A DNA stretch of 64,000 bases from assembly GCA_002441245.1 (NCBI GenBank), contig DJVP01000001.1, positions 65,215 to 129,214 of the forward strand, given 5' to 3'. The notes below the pieces were generated by a model. It had not been told where the DNA came from. It was given only the letters and a program-made list of their open reading frames with translations, and did not search any database. Made by a program: the position numbers and the translations under genes. This document shows, in pieces, positions 27,518 through 37,782 of the stretch (within the stretch, counting starts at the first letter, position 1; every line of letters begins with the position of its first letter). The DNA comes from Candidatus Omnitrophica bacterium UBA6253 (GTDB lineage: Bacteria; Omnitrophota; Gorgyraeia; Gygaellales; Profunditerraquicolaceae).

Positions 27518-28849
27518 ATGGCGCTTTCTGGTTTGGATATTTACAAGTTACTGCCTAAGACAAATTGCCGTAAGTGTGGTTTAGCTACCTGCCTTGCTTT
27601 TGCGATGCAGTTGGCTAAGAAGGCGCTGGCAGTTGAAAAATGTCCTTTTATTTCAGCTGAGGCAAAGACTATTCTGGAAGAACAGGCATTGCCTCCAATT
27701 AAACCTGTAATTTTAGGCGGTGATAACCTGAAATTTGAACTTGGTAATGAAACGGTAATGTTCAGGCATGAAGAGAAATTCCGTAATCCGGCAGCTTTAG
27801 GTTTTATTATCGAGGATAACCTGGCTGATAGTAAGATCAGAGGGCAGATTGAGAAAATAAATCAGTTAAAATTTGAACGCGTAGGACAATTGTTAGAAGT
27901 AAATCTGATTGCCATAAAACAAAATACCGGCGCAGATAGATTCCTGGAAGTAAGCGAATTAGTTTTGAATAATACCGTTCTTCCGGTTATGCTAATCTCC
28001 GGGGATATCGATGCTTTAAAACAAGCAGCAGCTGTTGCTGCAGTGCGCAGACCATTGCTTTACTGTGCAACAAAAGATAATTTCAGCCAGATAGCGGCTA
28101 TTGCTAAAGAATTTCAACTTCCGTTGGTAGCAGCTGCGCAGGATATTGACGAACTGGCTCATTTAACTAAAGGACTTAATGCCCTGGGTATCCGGGACCT
28201 GATCCTGGATACCGGAGAAAAAAACGTTGCTGATAAGATATGGGACTTAACCCAGCTTCGCCGCCAGGCGCTTAAAAAATCAAACCGCGCCTTAGGCTAT
28301 CCCAGTTTAGCTATTGTAGATAAAACTGACCCCTATGAAGAGGCTATGGAGGCAGCTGCTTATATAGCTAAATATGCGGGGATTGTTTTAATTAAAGGCC
28401 TTGAATCCTGGGAAGTATTATCTATTTTAACTTTAAGGCAAAATATTTATACTGATCCACAAAAGCCCTTACAAATTGAGCCCAAGCTTTATCCAGTGGG
28501 AAAGACTACCAAAGAATCTCCGGTTTTAATAACCACTAATTTTTCTTTAAGCTATTATACTGTATTAAGTGAAGTAGAGGCCAGCAAGATCCCTTCTTAT
28601 ATTTTAAGCGTGGATACCGAAGGCATGTCTGTACTTACTGCCTGGGCCGCAGAAAAATTTAACGCTGAATCTATCACTAAATCACTGGATAAATGCGCCA
28701 TTAGGGATGTGGTGGTCCATAAGAACTTAATTATTCCGGGTTACGTAGCTATTTTAAGCGGTGACCTGGAGGAGCAATCCGGGTATAAAGTTATCGTAGG
28801 CCCCAAAGAGGCAGCAGGGATCCCAGTATTTTTAAAAAACTTAAACTAA
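27518..28849 (+). CDS. acsC: Corrinoid iron-sulfur protein large subunit (CFeSP gamma, AcsC/CdhE)
   Basis: 443 aa. N-terminal 4Fe-4S motif LPKTNCRKCGLATCLAFAMQLA...EKC, followed by TIM-barrel and B12-binding domains characteristic of AcsC. Confidence 0.85.
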   Translation: MALSGLDIYKLLPKTNCRKCGLATCLAFAMQLAKKALAVEKCPFISAEAKTILEEQALPPIKPVILGGDNLKFELGNETVMFRHEEKFRNPAALGFIIEDNLADSKIRGQIEKINQLKFERVGQLLEVNLIAIKQNTGADRFLEVSELVLNNTVLPVMLISGDIDALKQAAAVAAVRRPLLYCATKDNFSQIAAIAKEFQLPLVAAAQDIDELAHLTKGLNALGIRDLILDTGEKNVADKIWDLTQLRRQALKKSNRALGYPSLAIVDKTDPYEEAMEAAAYIAKYAGIVLIKGLESWEVLSILTLRQNIYTDPQKPLQIEPKLYPVGKTTKESPVLITTNFSLSYYTVLSEVEASKIPSYILSVDTEGMSVLTAWAAEKFNAESITKSLDKCAIRDVVVHKNLIIPGYVAILSGDLEEQSGYKVIVGPKEAAGIPVFLKNLN

Positions 28850-28889
28850 GGCTTTGTTTGAAGGAAAGCCGGCCACAGCTTTTTAATCT

Positions 28890-30815
28890 ATGCAAAAATT
28901 TAAAGTCACTTTTCTGCCGGATAATAAATCAGTCCTTGCCGAGAAAGATAAAACTATCCTTTCTGCAGCAATTTCTGCCGGAGTCTATATTAATTCTGTT
29001 TGTGGTGGGGATGGGGTTTGCGGAAGGTGCAAAGTTATCCTCAAAAAAGGCCAGGTTAACGAACAACCCAATGGAATAATTAGTGAGGTGGAAAGAAAAA
29101 ATAATATATATCTTGCCTGCCTTACTAATATTCACAGCGATCTGGAGGTGGAGATCCCGGAAAATTCACGGCTTAATTTTGACAGGCTTACCCCGATGGA
29201 ATTAGGGGGGCGCTTAGGCAATCTTTACTCAGAAGCAGAGGATATACAACCGGTTGGGCCTAAATTAGAAGAAGGGCTTTTTAAACATTCCCCGTTTGCT
29301 ACAAAGTTATATCTGGAATTGCCCGCGCCAACACTCAATGACAGCATAAGTGATTTAGAAAGAATATACCGTGCCTTACGCGGTTACGAGGATTTTCCTG
29401 TAATACAGACAGGTTTATTTAATATACGCCAACTGGGGGAGTTATTGCGTGATTCTGAATGGAAGGTTACTCTTACGCTGGGTAAACGTAATGATACGGT
29501 AGAGATTGTTTTGGTTGAATCCGGAGATACTACAAATAAGAATTTCGGACTTTGTTTTGATATCGGCACGACGACGATTTCCGGACAGCTGGTGGATCTA
29601 AATTCAAAGAAAATACTAGGCACAAAAGCAACTTATAACCAGCAGGCTACTTTTGGTAATGATGTAATTACGCGCATAGTTTACGCCGGACAGAGCGACG
29701 GGCTAGAAAAACTGCACGAAGCAGTTTGCAGCACGATGAATCAAATGATCCTTGAGTTGATTCAGGAAAATAATGTTGATTTAAATGATGTTAATTGTAT
29801 TGTTTGCTCGGGGAATACCACTATGATTCATCTGCTTCTAAGTGTTGACCCGGCGCATATCCGTAAAGAACCCTATGTACCTACGGCTAATTTTTTGCCT
29901 GTTTTACGTGCGGCCGAAGCCGGAATAAATATTAACCCCAGGGGGCTGCTTTCATGCGTCCCCGGAATTTCCAGCTATGTTGGGGGAGATATTACTGCCG
30001 GGGTCCTCTCAAGCGGTATATACCAAAAAGATGAACTTTGCATGCTTATTGATATTGGCACAAACGGGGAAATTGTCCTGGGAAATAAAGATTTTCTGGT
30101 TGCTTGTGCTGCTTCTGCCGGTCCGGCTTTTGAAGGAAGCGGGGTTACCAGCGGCATGCGCGCAAGCAGTGGGGCGATCCAGAATATAGATATAGATAAG
30201 ACCGATTTTTCCGTAAAATATTCTACCATTGGCAACAAAAAACCACGGGGAATCTGCGGTTCTGGTTATATTGACTTGCTTAGTTCGATGTTAGAATCCG
30301 GAATAATTGATAAAGGCGGTAAAATCAAAGCAGTAGGCAAACGTATCCGCCAAACAGATACAGGCAGAGAATTTGTGGTTTGTTTTAAAGAGGAAGCTGA
30401 CAGTTTGTCTGATATAGTGATTAATGAAGCGGATATCGAAAACTTAAAACGTTCAAAGGCAGCAATATATTCGGCTAGCGCAATTTTAGTTAAACATATG
30501 GGGTTGTCGTTTACCGATATTTATAAAATATTTATCGCAGGAGGATTTGGTACATACCTGGATATAGATAAGGCGGTTAGAATCGGGTTATTGCCAGACT
30601 TGGCACGCTCAAAATTTGTATTTATCGGCAATAGCGCCTTGGCAGGAGCCAGCCAGATTCTTTTATCAAATCAAGCTATGGCTATGGCTGATACCCTTGC
30701 TTCCAAGATTACTTATTTTGAATTATCTGTTGACCCGGGTTATATGGATGAATACAGTCAAGCGCTATTTTTTCCGCATACTGATTTAACCAAATTTCCC
30801 AGCGTGAGGTTTTAA
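28890..30815 (+). CDS. RACo-like reductive activator of the corrinoid protein (2Fe-2S ferredoxin N-domain plus ASKHA ATPase domain)
   Basis: 641 aa. N-terminal plant-type ferredoxin (CGGDGVCGRCKV). C-terminal ASKHA/DUF4445 region with acetate-kinase-like Gly-rich segments (IGTNGEIVLG, CGSGYIDL). Confidence 0.75.
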   Translation: MQKFKVTFLPDNKSVLAEKDKTILSAAISAGVYINSVCGGDGVCGRCKVILKKGQVNEQPNGIISEVERKNNIYLACLTNIHSDLEVEIPENSRLNFDRLTPMELGGRLGNLYSEAEDIQPVGPKLEEGLFKHSPFATKLYLELPAPTLNDSISDLERIYRALRGYEDFPVIQTGLFNIRQLGELLRDSEWKVTLTLGKRNDTVEIVLVESGDTTNKNFGLCFDIGTTTISGQLVDLNSKKILGTKATYNQQATFGNDVITRIVYAGQSDGLEKLHEAVCSTMNQMILELIQENNVDLNDVNCIVCSGNTTMIHLLLSVDPAHIRKEPYVPTANFLPVLRAAEAGININPRGLLSCVPGISSYVGGDITAGVLSSGIYQKDELCMLIDIGTNGEIVLGNKDFLVACAASAGPAFEGSGVTSGMRASSGAIQNIDIDKTDFSVKYSTIGNKKPRGICGSGYIDLLSSMLESGIIDKGGKIKAVGKRIRQTDTGREFVVCFKEEADSLSDIVINEADIENLKRSKAAIYSASAILVKHMGLSFTDIYKIFIAGGFGTYLDIDKAVRIGLLPDLARSKFVFIGNSALAGASQILLSNQAMAMADTLASKITYFELSVDPGYMDEYSQALFFPHTDLTKFPSVRF

Positions 30816-31567
30816 TGGGTTATATTATTGCAATGGCTGGAAAAGGAGGTGCAGGTAAGACTACCGTCGCATCCTTAATTATCCGTAGTATTAAGGAACA
30901 GAAAGCTGGTTCAGTATTAGCTATCGACGCTGACCCGAACAGTAATTTAGGGGAGGCCCTAGGCTTAAGACCCGGCCGTAATATTGGGGCTATTTTAGAC
31001 GAAATATCTTTAAATCCCGGTATGGTTCCTTCCGGGATGGCCAAGGAGCGTTTTATAGAATACCAGGTGCAATCGGCGATCCAGGAGGAGGAAGGATTTG
31101 ATATTTTAAGCATGGGTAAGCCTGAAGGGCCCGGATGTTATTGTTATGTAAATAACGTTTTAAGGGCTGTTATGTCAAAATTAATCAAGGATTATGACTA
31201 TATAATCATTGATAATGAAGCAGGATTGGAACATCTGTCCCGGCGCACCAGCCGTTTTGCCGACATACTTATCGTTGTATCGGATGCTTCAAGGATAGGA
31301 TTGAAATCAGCCCAAAGAATCAATAATCTGGCAGTGCAGCTAAAATTTGAAGTAAAGAGAAGTTTCATTTTAATAAATCGTTTTAATAAACATATAAATA
31401 AAGAGGCGATTAATGATACCGGATTAGAATATCTTGGTTGCTTGCCGCAAGAGCCATTAATTGAAGAATTAAGTTTAACCGGAGGTTCAGTTTTTAACCT
31501 AAAAAATGAGGCGCCCATATTGACGGCGCTCAATTCCCTGGGGGAAAAAATATGGAAACACAACTAG
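30815..31567 (+). CDS. cooC: CooC/AcsF-type nickel-insertion ATPase (MinD/ParA family)
   Basis: 250 aa. Deviant Walker A AMAGKGGAGKTT and the CxC nickel-binding motif (GPGCYCYVN). Confidence 0.8.
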   Translation: MGYIIAMAGKGGAGKTTVASLIIRSIKEQKAGSVLAIDADPNSNLGEALGLRPGRNIGAILDEISLNPGMVPSGMAKERFIEYQVQSAIQEEEGFDILSMGKPEGPGCYCYVNNVLRAVMSKLIKDYDYIIIDNEAGLEHLSRRTSRFADILIVVSDASRIGLKSAQRINNLAVQLKFEVKRSFILINRFNKHINKEAINDTGLEYLGCLPQEPLIEELSLTGGSVFNLKNEAPILTALNSLGEKIWKHN

Positions 31568-32487
31568 TGCTTGAAAAATGGGCTGGTGTAATTTCTGCTC
31601 TTACTATTGGAGCAAACAAAGAAGATGGCGGTTCCCGGGCCAATATAGTAAGAATCGGCGGACAAGGCAGCTTGCCATTATTATTCAAAGAGGGCAGCAT
31701 TCCCAATAGACCTGTCATTGCATTTGAAATCTGGGATACTCCGCCGCAGGATTGGCCGGATGATTTGACTTCAGCCTATGGTAAGGTTTTAAATGACCCT
31801 TTTGCCTGGGCTGATAAATGCGTAAACGAACTTAAGGCGCAGTTACTTTGCGTAAGGATGCAGGGTGCACATCCGGATTTTGGCAATAAAGACCCCGGGG
31901 AAGCGGCAAATTTTATTTCTGCGCTTTTAACCAGGGTAAAAGTACCGTTAATAATTATAGGAAGTGGCGATGATTCTAAGGATAACCTGATCCTGCCTGC
32001 TTGTTCTGAGGCGGCCAAGAACGAACGCTGCCTGATAGGTTGCGCAGTCCAAGATAATTACAAAACTTTAGTTGCCAGCGTATTAGCGGATGGACATCAT
32101 ATTATTGCCGAAAGCCCAATAGATATCAATATTGCAAAACAATTAAACATATTAATCTCTGACATGGGCTTAAGCCTGGAAAGGATTGTAATAAATCCAA
32201 CTATTGGAGCTTTAGGCTATGGGCTTGAATATGCTTATTCTATTATGGAAAGAGCTAGGCTTGCCGCTTTATCAGGGGATAAAACATTGGCTTCGCCTTT
32301 TATTTGTTTCGTAGGCCAGGAGACGTGGAGGACAAAAGAGGCTAAGGCCGGGTACGAGCAAGGTGTTATTTGGGAGATAATTACAGCTACCAGTCTTATA
32401 CAATCAGGGGCTGACCTTTTGGTTATGCGTCATCCTGCTGCAGTTGAAAAAGTTGCCGGATATATAGATTCTCTTTTTAATAAATAA
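31552..32487 (+). CDS. acsD: Corrinoid iron-sulfur protein small subunit (CFeSP delta, AcsD/CdhD)
   Basis: 311 aa. TIM-barrel subunit. Position immediately beside acsC and acsE matches the canonical acs order. Confidence 0.75.
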   Translation: METQLVLEKWAGVISALTIGANKEDGGSRANIVRIGGQGSLPLLFKEGSIPNRPVIAFEIWDTPPQDWPDDLTSAYGKVLNDPFAWADKCVNELKAQLLCVRMQGAHPDFGNKDPGEAANFISALLTRVKVPLIIIGSGDDSKDNLILPACSEAAKNERCLIGCAVQDNYKTLVASVLADGHHIIAESPIDINIAKQLNILISDMGLSLERIVINPTIGALGYGLEYAYSIMERARLAALSGDKTLASPFICFVGQETWRTKEAKAGYEQGVIWEIITATSLIQSGADLLVMRHPAAVEKVAGYIDSLFNK

Positions 32488-32509
32488 CAAAAATTAGGGG
32501 AAATATCCT

Positions 32510-33298
32510 ATGTTTATTATCGGTGAGCTGATTAATGGAATGTACGCTAACGTAGGCCTGGCAATCAAAGAGCGTAACAAAAAGGAAATACAGAAATGTG
32601 CCTTGGATCAACTTATCTGTGGAGCGGATGCTTTAGATGTTAATTGCGGCCCAGCCTCCAGGCAACCCTTAGTTGATATGTCTTGGTTAATTGAGGTAAT
32701 TCAAGAGGTAACTGATAAACCGCTTTGCCTGGATTCAAGTAAGCCTGCGGTAATTGAAGAGGGATTAAAGGTTGCCAGGAACAAAACGATTATTAATTCT
32801 ACTACAGCTGATGCGGAAAAACTGGATGCGCTCATACCCTTGGCCAAGAAGTACAAATCTAGATTGATCGGAATTACCATTAGCGCCAAAGGAATACCTC
32901 AAAATAAGGATCAGCGCCTTGAATTGGCGGCAACTATTGTGGCAAATTGCCAGGAAAAGAAATTTTCTGTTGAAGATTTATATTTGGATCCAATAGTTTT
33001 GCCGGTTAATGTTGCCCAGGGGCAAATGAAGGACATCTTAGAATCTATTGCTGAATTTAAAATTATTTCTGATCCTGGGCCAAAAACTACCCTGGGTTTA
33101 AGCAATGTTTCTCAAGGGGCCCATCTGCGAAGCCTGATTAACCGCACTTTTCTAACTATGGCAGTTGCATATGGCTTAGATTCTGCTATACTTGATCCTA
33201 AAGATAAAGAGCTTATTGATACATTAATTACCGCAGAGCTTATTCTAAATAAGAATATATACTGCGATTCATATCTAGAAGCTTACAGAAGGAAGTAG
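32510..33298 (+). CDS. acsE: Methyltetrahydrofolate:corrinoid/iron-sulfur protein methyltransferase (pterin-binding, AcsE/MtrH family)
   Basis: 262 aa. Pterin-binding TIM barrel. MFIIGELINGM start and LSNVSQGAHLRSLINRTFL motif typical of MeTr. Confidence 0.8.
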   Translation: MFIIGELINGMYANVGLAIKERNKKEIQKCALDQLICGADALDVNCGPASRQPLVDMSWLIEVIQEVTDKPLCLDSSKPAVIEEGLKVARNKTIINSTTADAEKLDALIPLAKKYKSRLIGITISAKGIPQNKDQRLELAATIVANCQEKKFSVEDLYLDPIVLPVNVAQGQMKDILESIAEFKIISDPGPKTTLGLSNVSQGAHLRSLINRTFLTMAVAYGLDSAILDPKDKELIDTLITAELILNKNIYCDSYLEAYRRK

Positions 33299-33320
33299 TT
33301 TAAATTGATAATTTGATTTT

Positions 33321-33394
33321 GGCGGAGTAGCTCAGCCTGATAGAGCACGCGGCTCATACCCGCTTGGTCGGTGGTTTAAATCCACTCTCCGCCA
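33321..33394 (+). tRNA. tRNA-Met (anticodon CAT)
   Basis: Acceptor GGCGGAG/CTCCGCC plus discriminator A. D-arm TAGCTCAGCCTGATAGAGCA. Anticodon loop CTCATAC. T-loop GGTTTAAATCC. Confidence 0.75.
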
Positions 33395-33454
33395 TTTTAA
33401 GTCCAGATAGGCAGTCCTGCAAAGCGATAGCGGAACAGGGCCACCCCCGGGCCA

Positions 33455-34729
33455 TTATTTTCCTGATAATTTTTTAGCTAGTCTTTCAAGAATCAGGGAC
33501 GTAGTAATAAATACCCCTGCCTCAATTAACACCGTAGCAAATGCCGCTCCTATATAGGAAAATTGATAAATTAATATAAATATGAGCGGTAAACCGATAA
33601 GCGCGGCAGTAATATGAATTTTTGCGTATAGGTCTTGTTTCCCGCAAACAAGCAGGAATTGAACCTTGAAATTATTGGCTCCTACAAAAAATACCGCGGC
33701 AAGCAAAAGCCTTAAAGTGACGACTACTTCTTTATAAGCAACTCCACATGCCAACTGAATAATCCAGGGGGCTAGAAAAAAGGCTATCGGCAGGCTGATT
33801 ACGAAACCCAGGGTAATGCCATCCTGTATCCTGTACATTATAGCTATTGCCCGTTGTTTGTTTTTCGCAAAGACATTGCTGATCCGGGGAAATACCGCCC
33901 TGGTAAATGAATCCATGGGAAATGTCTGGATATAGTTGGCTATTTTTTCAGCCAGCGAATAATACCCTGTAATTACATTATTGGTCAAGAGTCCTATTGC
34001 AAAAACGCGGCTGGTAGTATAGGCATTAATCGATAGTATGGAAATAAAAATATCCCATCCTGTCCTGAGTTCCTGTTTTATGGTTGCATACTTCTGTAAA
34101 ATAAATTTAACCCGGAATTTCTTAAAGACAATATATAGGCCAAGCAGACCGCTGATTATTGACAGGAGCGAATTCAAGATAGGAACCAGTAGAAAGTCCC
34201 TGGGGCTTTTTATAAGAATAAAGATGCAGACCGTATAGATTAAGCCTCCGGTTACATTAACTATCGAGATGTAGCTCATTTTTTCTTTTCCTTGGAAAAA
34301 CCAGACAGGAAACAGCGTGCTGCCGATTACCGACCCAAAACTTAAGATGTAAACCGGCCAATCCACCCTGAATTTTGGGACAATGTATATAATAACGCTA
34401 AGCATAAGAAAGCTTATTGCTGCAAACATAAGCTTTACTGTCATTACCGAGGAAAACACCTCGCTTATTTTTTGCTTGTGTTCACCAATAAGCGAAATTG
34501 TTTTTGTTGCTGAAATACTGAATCCATAATCCGTTAAAATCATAAAATATTGCACAAGGCTCGAAGCAAAAGCAACCAGCCCGAACTTCTCCATTCCGAT
34601 TACCCTGACAAGATATGGAAGCACAACCAAGGGCAGGATATAGCTGATGCTTTGAAGGGTAGTAAGTGAAATGAAATTCCCGATGACAATTTTTCGTTCT
34701 TTATGGGTTACAATCCGTTTTGAGCTCAT
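33455..34729 (-). CDS. Polysaccharide biosynthesis protein, Wzx-like flippase (MOP/MATE superfamily)
   Basis: 424-aa polytopic membrane protein with about 12 TM helices. Sequence character matches O-antigen/teichoic-acid flippases. Confidence 0.65.
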   Translation of the reverse strand: MSSKRIVTHKERKIVIGNFISLTTLQSISYILPLVVLPYLVRVIGMEKFGLVAFASSLVQYFMILTDYGFSISATKTISLIGEHKQKISEVFSSVMTVKLMFAAISFLMLSVIIYIVPKFRVDWPVYILSFGSVIGSTLFPVWFFQGKEKMSYISIVNVTGGLIYTVCIFILIKSPRDFLLVPILNSLLSIISGLLGLYIVFKKFRVKFILQKYATIKQELRTGWDIFISILSINAYTTSRVFAIGLLTNNVITGYYSLAEKIANYIQTFPMDSFTRAVFPRISNVFAKNKQRAIAIMYRIQDGITLGFVISLPIAFFLAPWIIQLACGVAYKEVVVTLRLLLAAVFFVGANNFKVQFLLVCGKQDLYAKIHITAALIGLPLIFILIYQFSYIGAAFATVLIEAGVFITTSLILERLAKKLSGK

Positions 34730-34844
34730 CGTATTAATTTACACTTTTGCCGGCATAAAGTCAATTTAAATAAGCTGTTAGCCTAATCAGACCATTAAAA
34801 TCAGGCTATAAATTTCATAATAATTATGATAAAATAAATCTATA

Positions 34845-35804
34845 ATGAAAGAAATCAACGCAACGATTAAGAAATACAGGTTGATTCAAAATGGTGATAA
34901 AATCCTGATGGGGGTTTCCGGTGGGCCGGATTCCCTGACTTTACTTTTGCAGCTTTTTAGCCTGAAGAATAAACTAGGGTTAACTTTGCATGTTGCGCAT
35001 ATAGACCATGGTTTGCGCAAGGACTCCGGCTCTGATGCGTTTTTTGTAGAAGGTTGGGCCGGGAAACTCGGTATCCCTATAACTAGTACAAGATTGAACC
35101 CTGAGTTTATAAAAAGAAAAGGTTCTCTGGAAGAGGCGTGCAGGCAGGCAAGGATGGATTTCTTTATTCGGACCGCCAAGGAGATCAGGGCAGATAAGAT
35201 TGCTTTGGGGCACAACCTTGACGACCAGGCGGAAACTATATTGATGCGCCTGTTGCGAGGGACAGGGCTATCCGGATTAACCGGAATATCTGTAAAACGC
35301 AGGATTAAGAAAATGGTTTTCATCCGCCCGCTCTTAGAAACCAGCCGTAAAGAGATCGAAGGTTTCTTAAAGCGCAGGGGGGTAAAACCGCGTATTGATT
35401 CTACTAATAAAGAGGATGTATTCTTCCGCAATAAGATACGGCATAATCTTATTCCGCTGCTTAAGAAAGAATACAATAAAAATATTACAGAAGTTTTGGC
35501 TAATCTGGCAGAAAGCATTTCCTATGATTATGAATATCTGGATCAGATTGCCAGGAATAAGGTAAAAGGCAATAACCTGTTGCTTAATATAAAGAGGATC
35601 AGGAGGTTGCATCCTGCAATCTTACGGCTTAAGATCAGGCAGAGCATAGCCTGTATTCAGGGGGATACGCGCAGGATAGGCTTCCAGCATATTAAAGAAC
35701 TGGAAGACATGCTCAACAACCGGCCAATCGGATCAATTGTTGATCTGCCCAAAGGAATCTCAGTAAAGAAAACCCGAAATGCGCTGCGATTTTATAGACG
35801 CTAA
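34845..35804 (+). CDS. tilS: tRNA(Ile)-lysidine synthetase
   Basis: 319 aa. PP-loop SGGPDSLTLL near the N-terminus, TilS substrate-binding C-terminal domain. The ATG is embedded in a TATAAT-like hexamer and has no SD. Confidence 0.8.
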   Translation: MKEINATIKKYRLIQNGDKILMGVSGGPDSLTLLLQLFSLKNKLGLTLHVAHIDHGLRKDSGSDAFFVEGWAGKLGIPITSTRLNPEFIKRKGSLEEACRQARMDFFIRTAKEIRADKIALGHNLDDQAETILMRLLRGTGLSGLTGISVKRRIKKMVFIRPLLETSRKEIEGFLKRRGVKPRIDSTNKEDVFFRNKIRHNLIPLLKKEYNKNITEVLANLAESISYDYEYLDQIARNKVKGNNLLLNIKRIRRLHPAILRLKIRQSIACIQGDTRRIGFQHIKELEDMLNNRPIGSIVDLPKGISVKKTRNALRFYRR

Positions 35805-35817
35805 ATCCATAAAATAC

Positions 35818-35846
35818 TTGATTTTACGATTTTTTAAATATATAAT
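35818..35846 (+). promoter_or_regulatory. Putative sigma70 promoter for ftsH (TTGATT - 17 nt - TATAAT)
   Basis: -35-like at 35818-35823 and -10 at 35841-35846. A short hairpin ATCGCCagaGGCGAT at 35881-35895 lies in the leader. Confidence 0.4.
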
Positions 35847-35919
35847 AAAAAGTCTGTAATTGCTTTAAAAACATATCAGTATCGCCAGAGGCGATCTTAT
35901 TTTAAAACTGGAGAATCAA

Positions 35920-37776
35920 ATGCCCATAGAAAATAAACCTAAATTGAACAAAAATAATTTATTTAAACGCTCTCCCTTTGGCTGGCTGCTCATTATTTTT
36001 TTATTCATCATGCTGGTCAATATGCTCAGCAATATCCCTGTAACCGGAATCCCTAAAGAGATTACCTATAGCCAGTTTTTCCGCACCATAAGAGATAATC
36101 CTGAGAGCATAAAACAGGCCACTAAGACTGAAACTATTCTACAGGGAGAATTCACGGATAATTCAAGATTTTTTGTTAATCTTCCGGAAAATGACCCTGA
36201 GATGCTTAATCTCATGCGTCAAAACCTGAAGAATTTTGAGGTTAAGCCGGCGCGTACATTTTGGGTTACATTGCTTTTTAATTTAGGGCCGATACTACTC
36301 TTGATTTTTTTCTGGTGGATGATGGCGGCCAGGGGAGAACAGCTGGGCAGCAGGATTATGAGTTTTGGAAAGGTTAAATCTAAGATTCAAAGCGAGACTG
36401 AAAAAGCAACCTTTAATGATGTTGCGGGGGTTGATGAAGCAAAAGAAGAATTAAGGGAAGTAATTGAATTTCTCAAGGACCCTAAAAAATTTCAGAGGTT
36501 GGGAGGAAAAATCCCCAAAGGAGTGCTTCTAATCGGTCCTCCGGGGTGCGGGAAAACGCTGATTGCCCGGGCAGTAGCAGGAGAGGCAGGGGTACCCTTT
36601 TTTAGTATCTCAGGGTCTAATTTTGTAGAAATGTTTGTAGGCGTAGGAGCCAGCCGGGTAAGGGATCTATTCGAACAGGGCCGTAAAGCCGGAAAAGTTG
36701 AAGGTAAGGGGGCGATAATTTTTATTGACGAGATCGATGCGGTGGGACGCCTGCGTTTTTCCGGTATCGGTGGCGGCAACGATGAACGCGAACAAACTCT
36801 TAACCAGTTATTGGTTGAAATGGATGGTTTTGACGCCCAACAAGGCTTAATACTTATTGCCGCTACTAATCGTCCGGATACCCTGGATCCTGCGCTTATG
36901 CGGCCGGGAAGATTTGACCGGACTATTATTGTAAGCCTTCCGGATATCAAAGGGCGTGAAGAGATACTCAAGGTACATACCCGTAAAATCAAGCTTGCCG
37001 ACTCGGTTGATTTAAAATCTGTTGCCAGCCAGACTCCCGGGTTTTCCGGAGCTGACCTGGCTAATCTTTGCAATGAAGCAGCGCTTATGGCGGCGCGTAA
37101 TAATAAAGAAGCGGTAGAAGAGATTGATCTGGATAAATCGGTAGAAAGGGTGCTTATGGGGCCGGAAAAGAAAAGCCATATTATGTCAAAAAAAGAGAAG
37201 GAGATTACTGCTTTACATGAATCAGGACATGCCCTTCTTTCCCTGCTTTTGCCCGAAGTTAATCCTTTAAAGAAGGTTTCTATTATTCCCCGCGGATTGG
37301 CCGGGGGTTACACTTTTACCCCTCCATTAGAGGACCGCCATTATTGGACTAAGAAAGAACTGTTAGCGGAAATCACCATGATGCTCGGAGGCAGGGCTTC
37401 GGAAGACATAAACTTAAATGAAGTAACTACTGGAGCACAAAACGATTTAGAAGTAGCTACGGCTATGGCCAGGCGTATGGTTACTCAATTTGGCATGTCC
37501 GATAAATTAGGTAACATGACTTTAGGCAGAAGAGAAGGGCTGGTATTCTTGGGCCGCGATATTATGGAAGAAAGAAATTACAGCGAACAGACTGCCAGGA
37601 TTATTGACGAAGAGGTAAAAAAGATTACTGATGATGCTTATGATAAAGCGCTGAACCTGTTAAGAAACAGCCAGGATAAACTCAAGCTTCTTTCTGAGGC
37701 ACTCTTGGAAAAAGAGGTCTTAAGCGGCGAAGATGTAAAACGGATATTAGGCATACAAAAAAGCGACCTGATCTAG
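35920..37776 (+). CDS. ftsH: ATP-dependent zinc metalloprotease FtsH
   Basis: 618 aa. Two TM helices, AAA module (GPPGCGKTL, Walker [11 protein letters not shown]), second region of homology, zinc motif HESGHAL. Confidence 0.95.
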   Translation: MPIENKPKLNKNNLFKRSPFGWLLIIFLFIMLVNMLSNIPVTGIPKEITYSQFFRTIRDNPESIKQATKTETILQGEFTDNSRFFVNLPENDPEMLNLMRQNLKNFEVKPARTFWVTLLFNLGPILLLIFFWWMMAARGEQLGSRIMSFGKVKSKIQSETEKATFNDVAGVDEAKEELREVIEFLKDPKKFQRLGGKIPKGVLLIGPPGCGKTLIARAVAGEAGVPFFSISGSNFVEMFVGVGASRVRDLFEQGRKAGKVEGKGAIIFIDEIDAVGRLRFSGIGGGNDEREQTLNQLLVEMDGFDAQQGLILIAATNRPDTLDPALMRPGRFDRTIIVSLPDIKGREEILKVHTRKIKLADSVDLKSVASQTPGFSGADLANLCNEAALMAARNNKEAVEEIDLDKSVERVLMGPEKKSHIMSKKEKEITALHESGHALLSLLLPEVNPLKKVSIIPRGLAGGYTFTPPLEDRHYWTKKELLAEITMMLGGRASEDINLNEVTTGAQNDLEVATAMARRMVTQFGMSDKLGNMTLGRREGLVFLGRDIMEERNYSEQTARIIDEEVKKITDDAYDKALNLLRNSQDKLKLLSEALLEKEVLSGEDVKRILGIQKSDLI

Positions 37777-37782
37777 AAGAGA

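Noticed and set aside
28858-29079. 73-aa + strand ORF between acsC and the RACo-like gene.
   Set aside because: It overlaps the RACo N-terminal ferredoxin domain in another frame. The RACo ORF starting at 28890 has the conserved 2Fe-2S motif.
33395-33454. A GC-rich stretch (GGGCCACCCCCGGGCC) considered as a terminator for the minus-strand flippase or for tRNA-Met.
   Set aside because: The stem is only 4-5 bp and has no adjacent T or A tract on either strand. It is not a convincing intrinsic terminator.
36492-37073. 193-aa minus-strand ORF.
   Set aside because: It is antisense inside the highly conserved ftsH coding region and has a proline/arginine-rich, low-complexity composition typical of antisense artefacts. 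The long antisense ORFs at 34886-35518 (inside tilS) and 8442-8933 (inside cmk) are rejected for the same reason.
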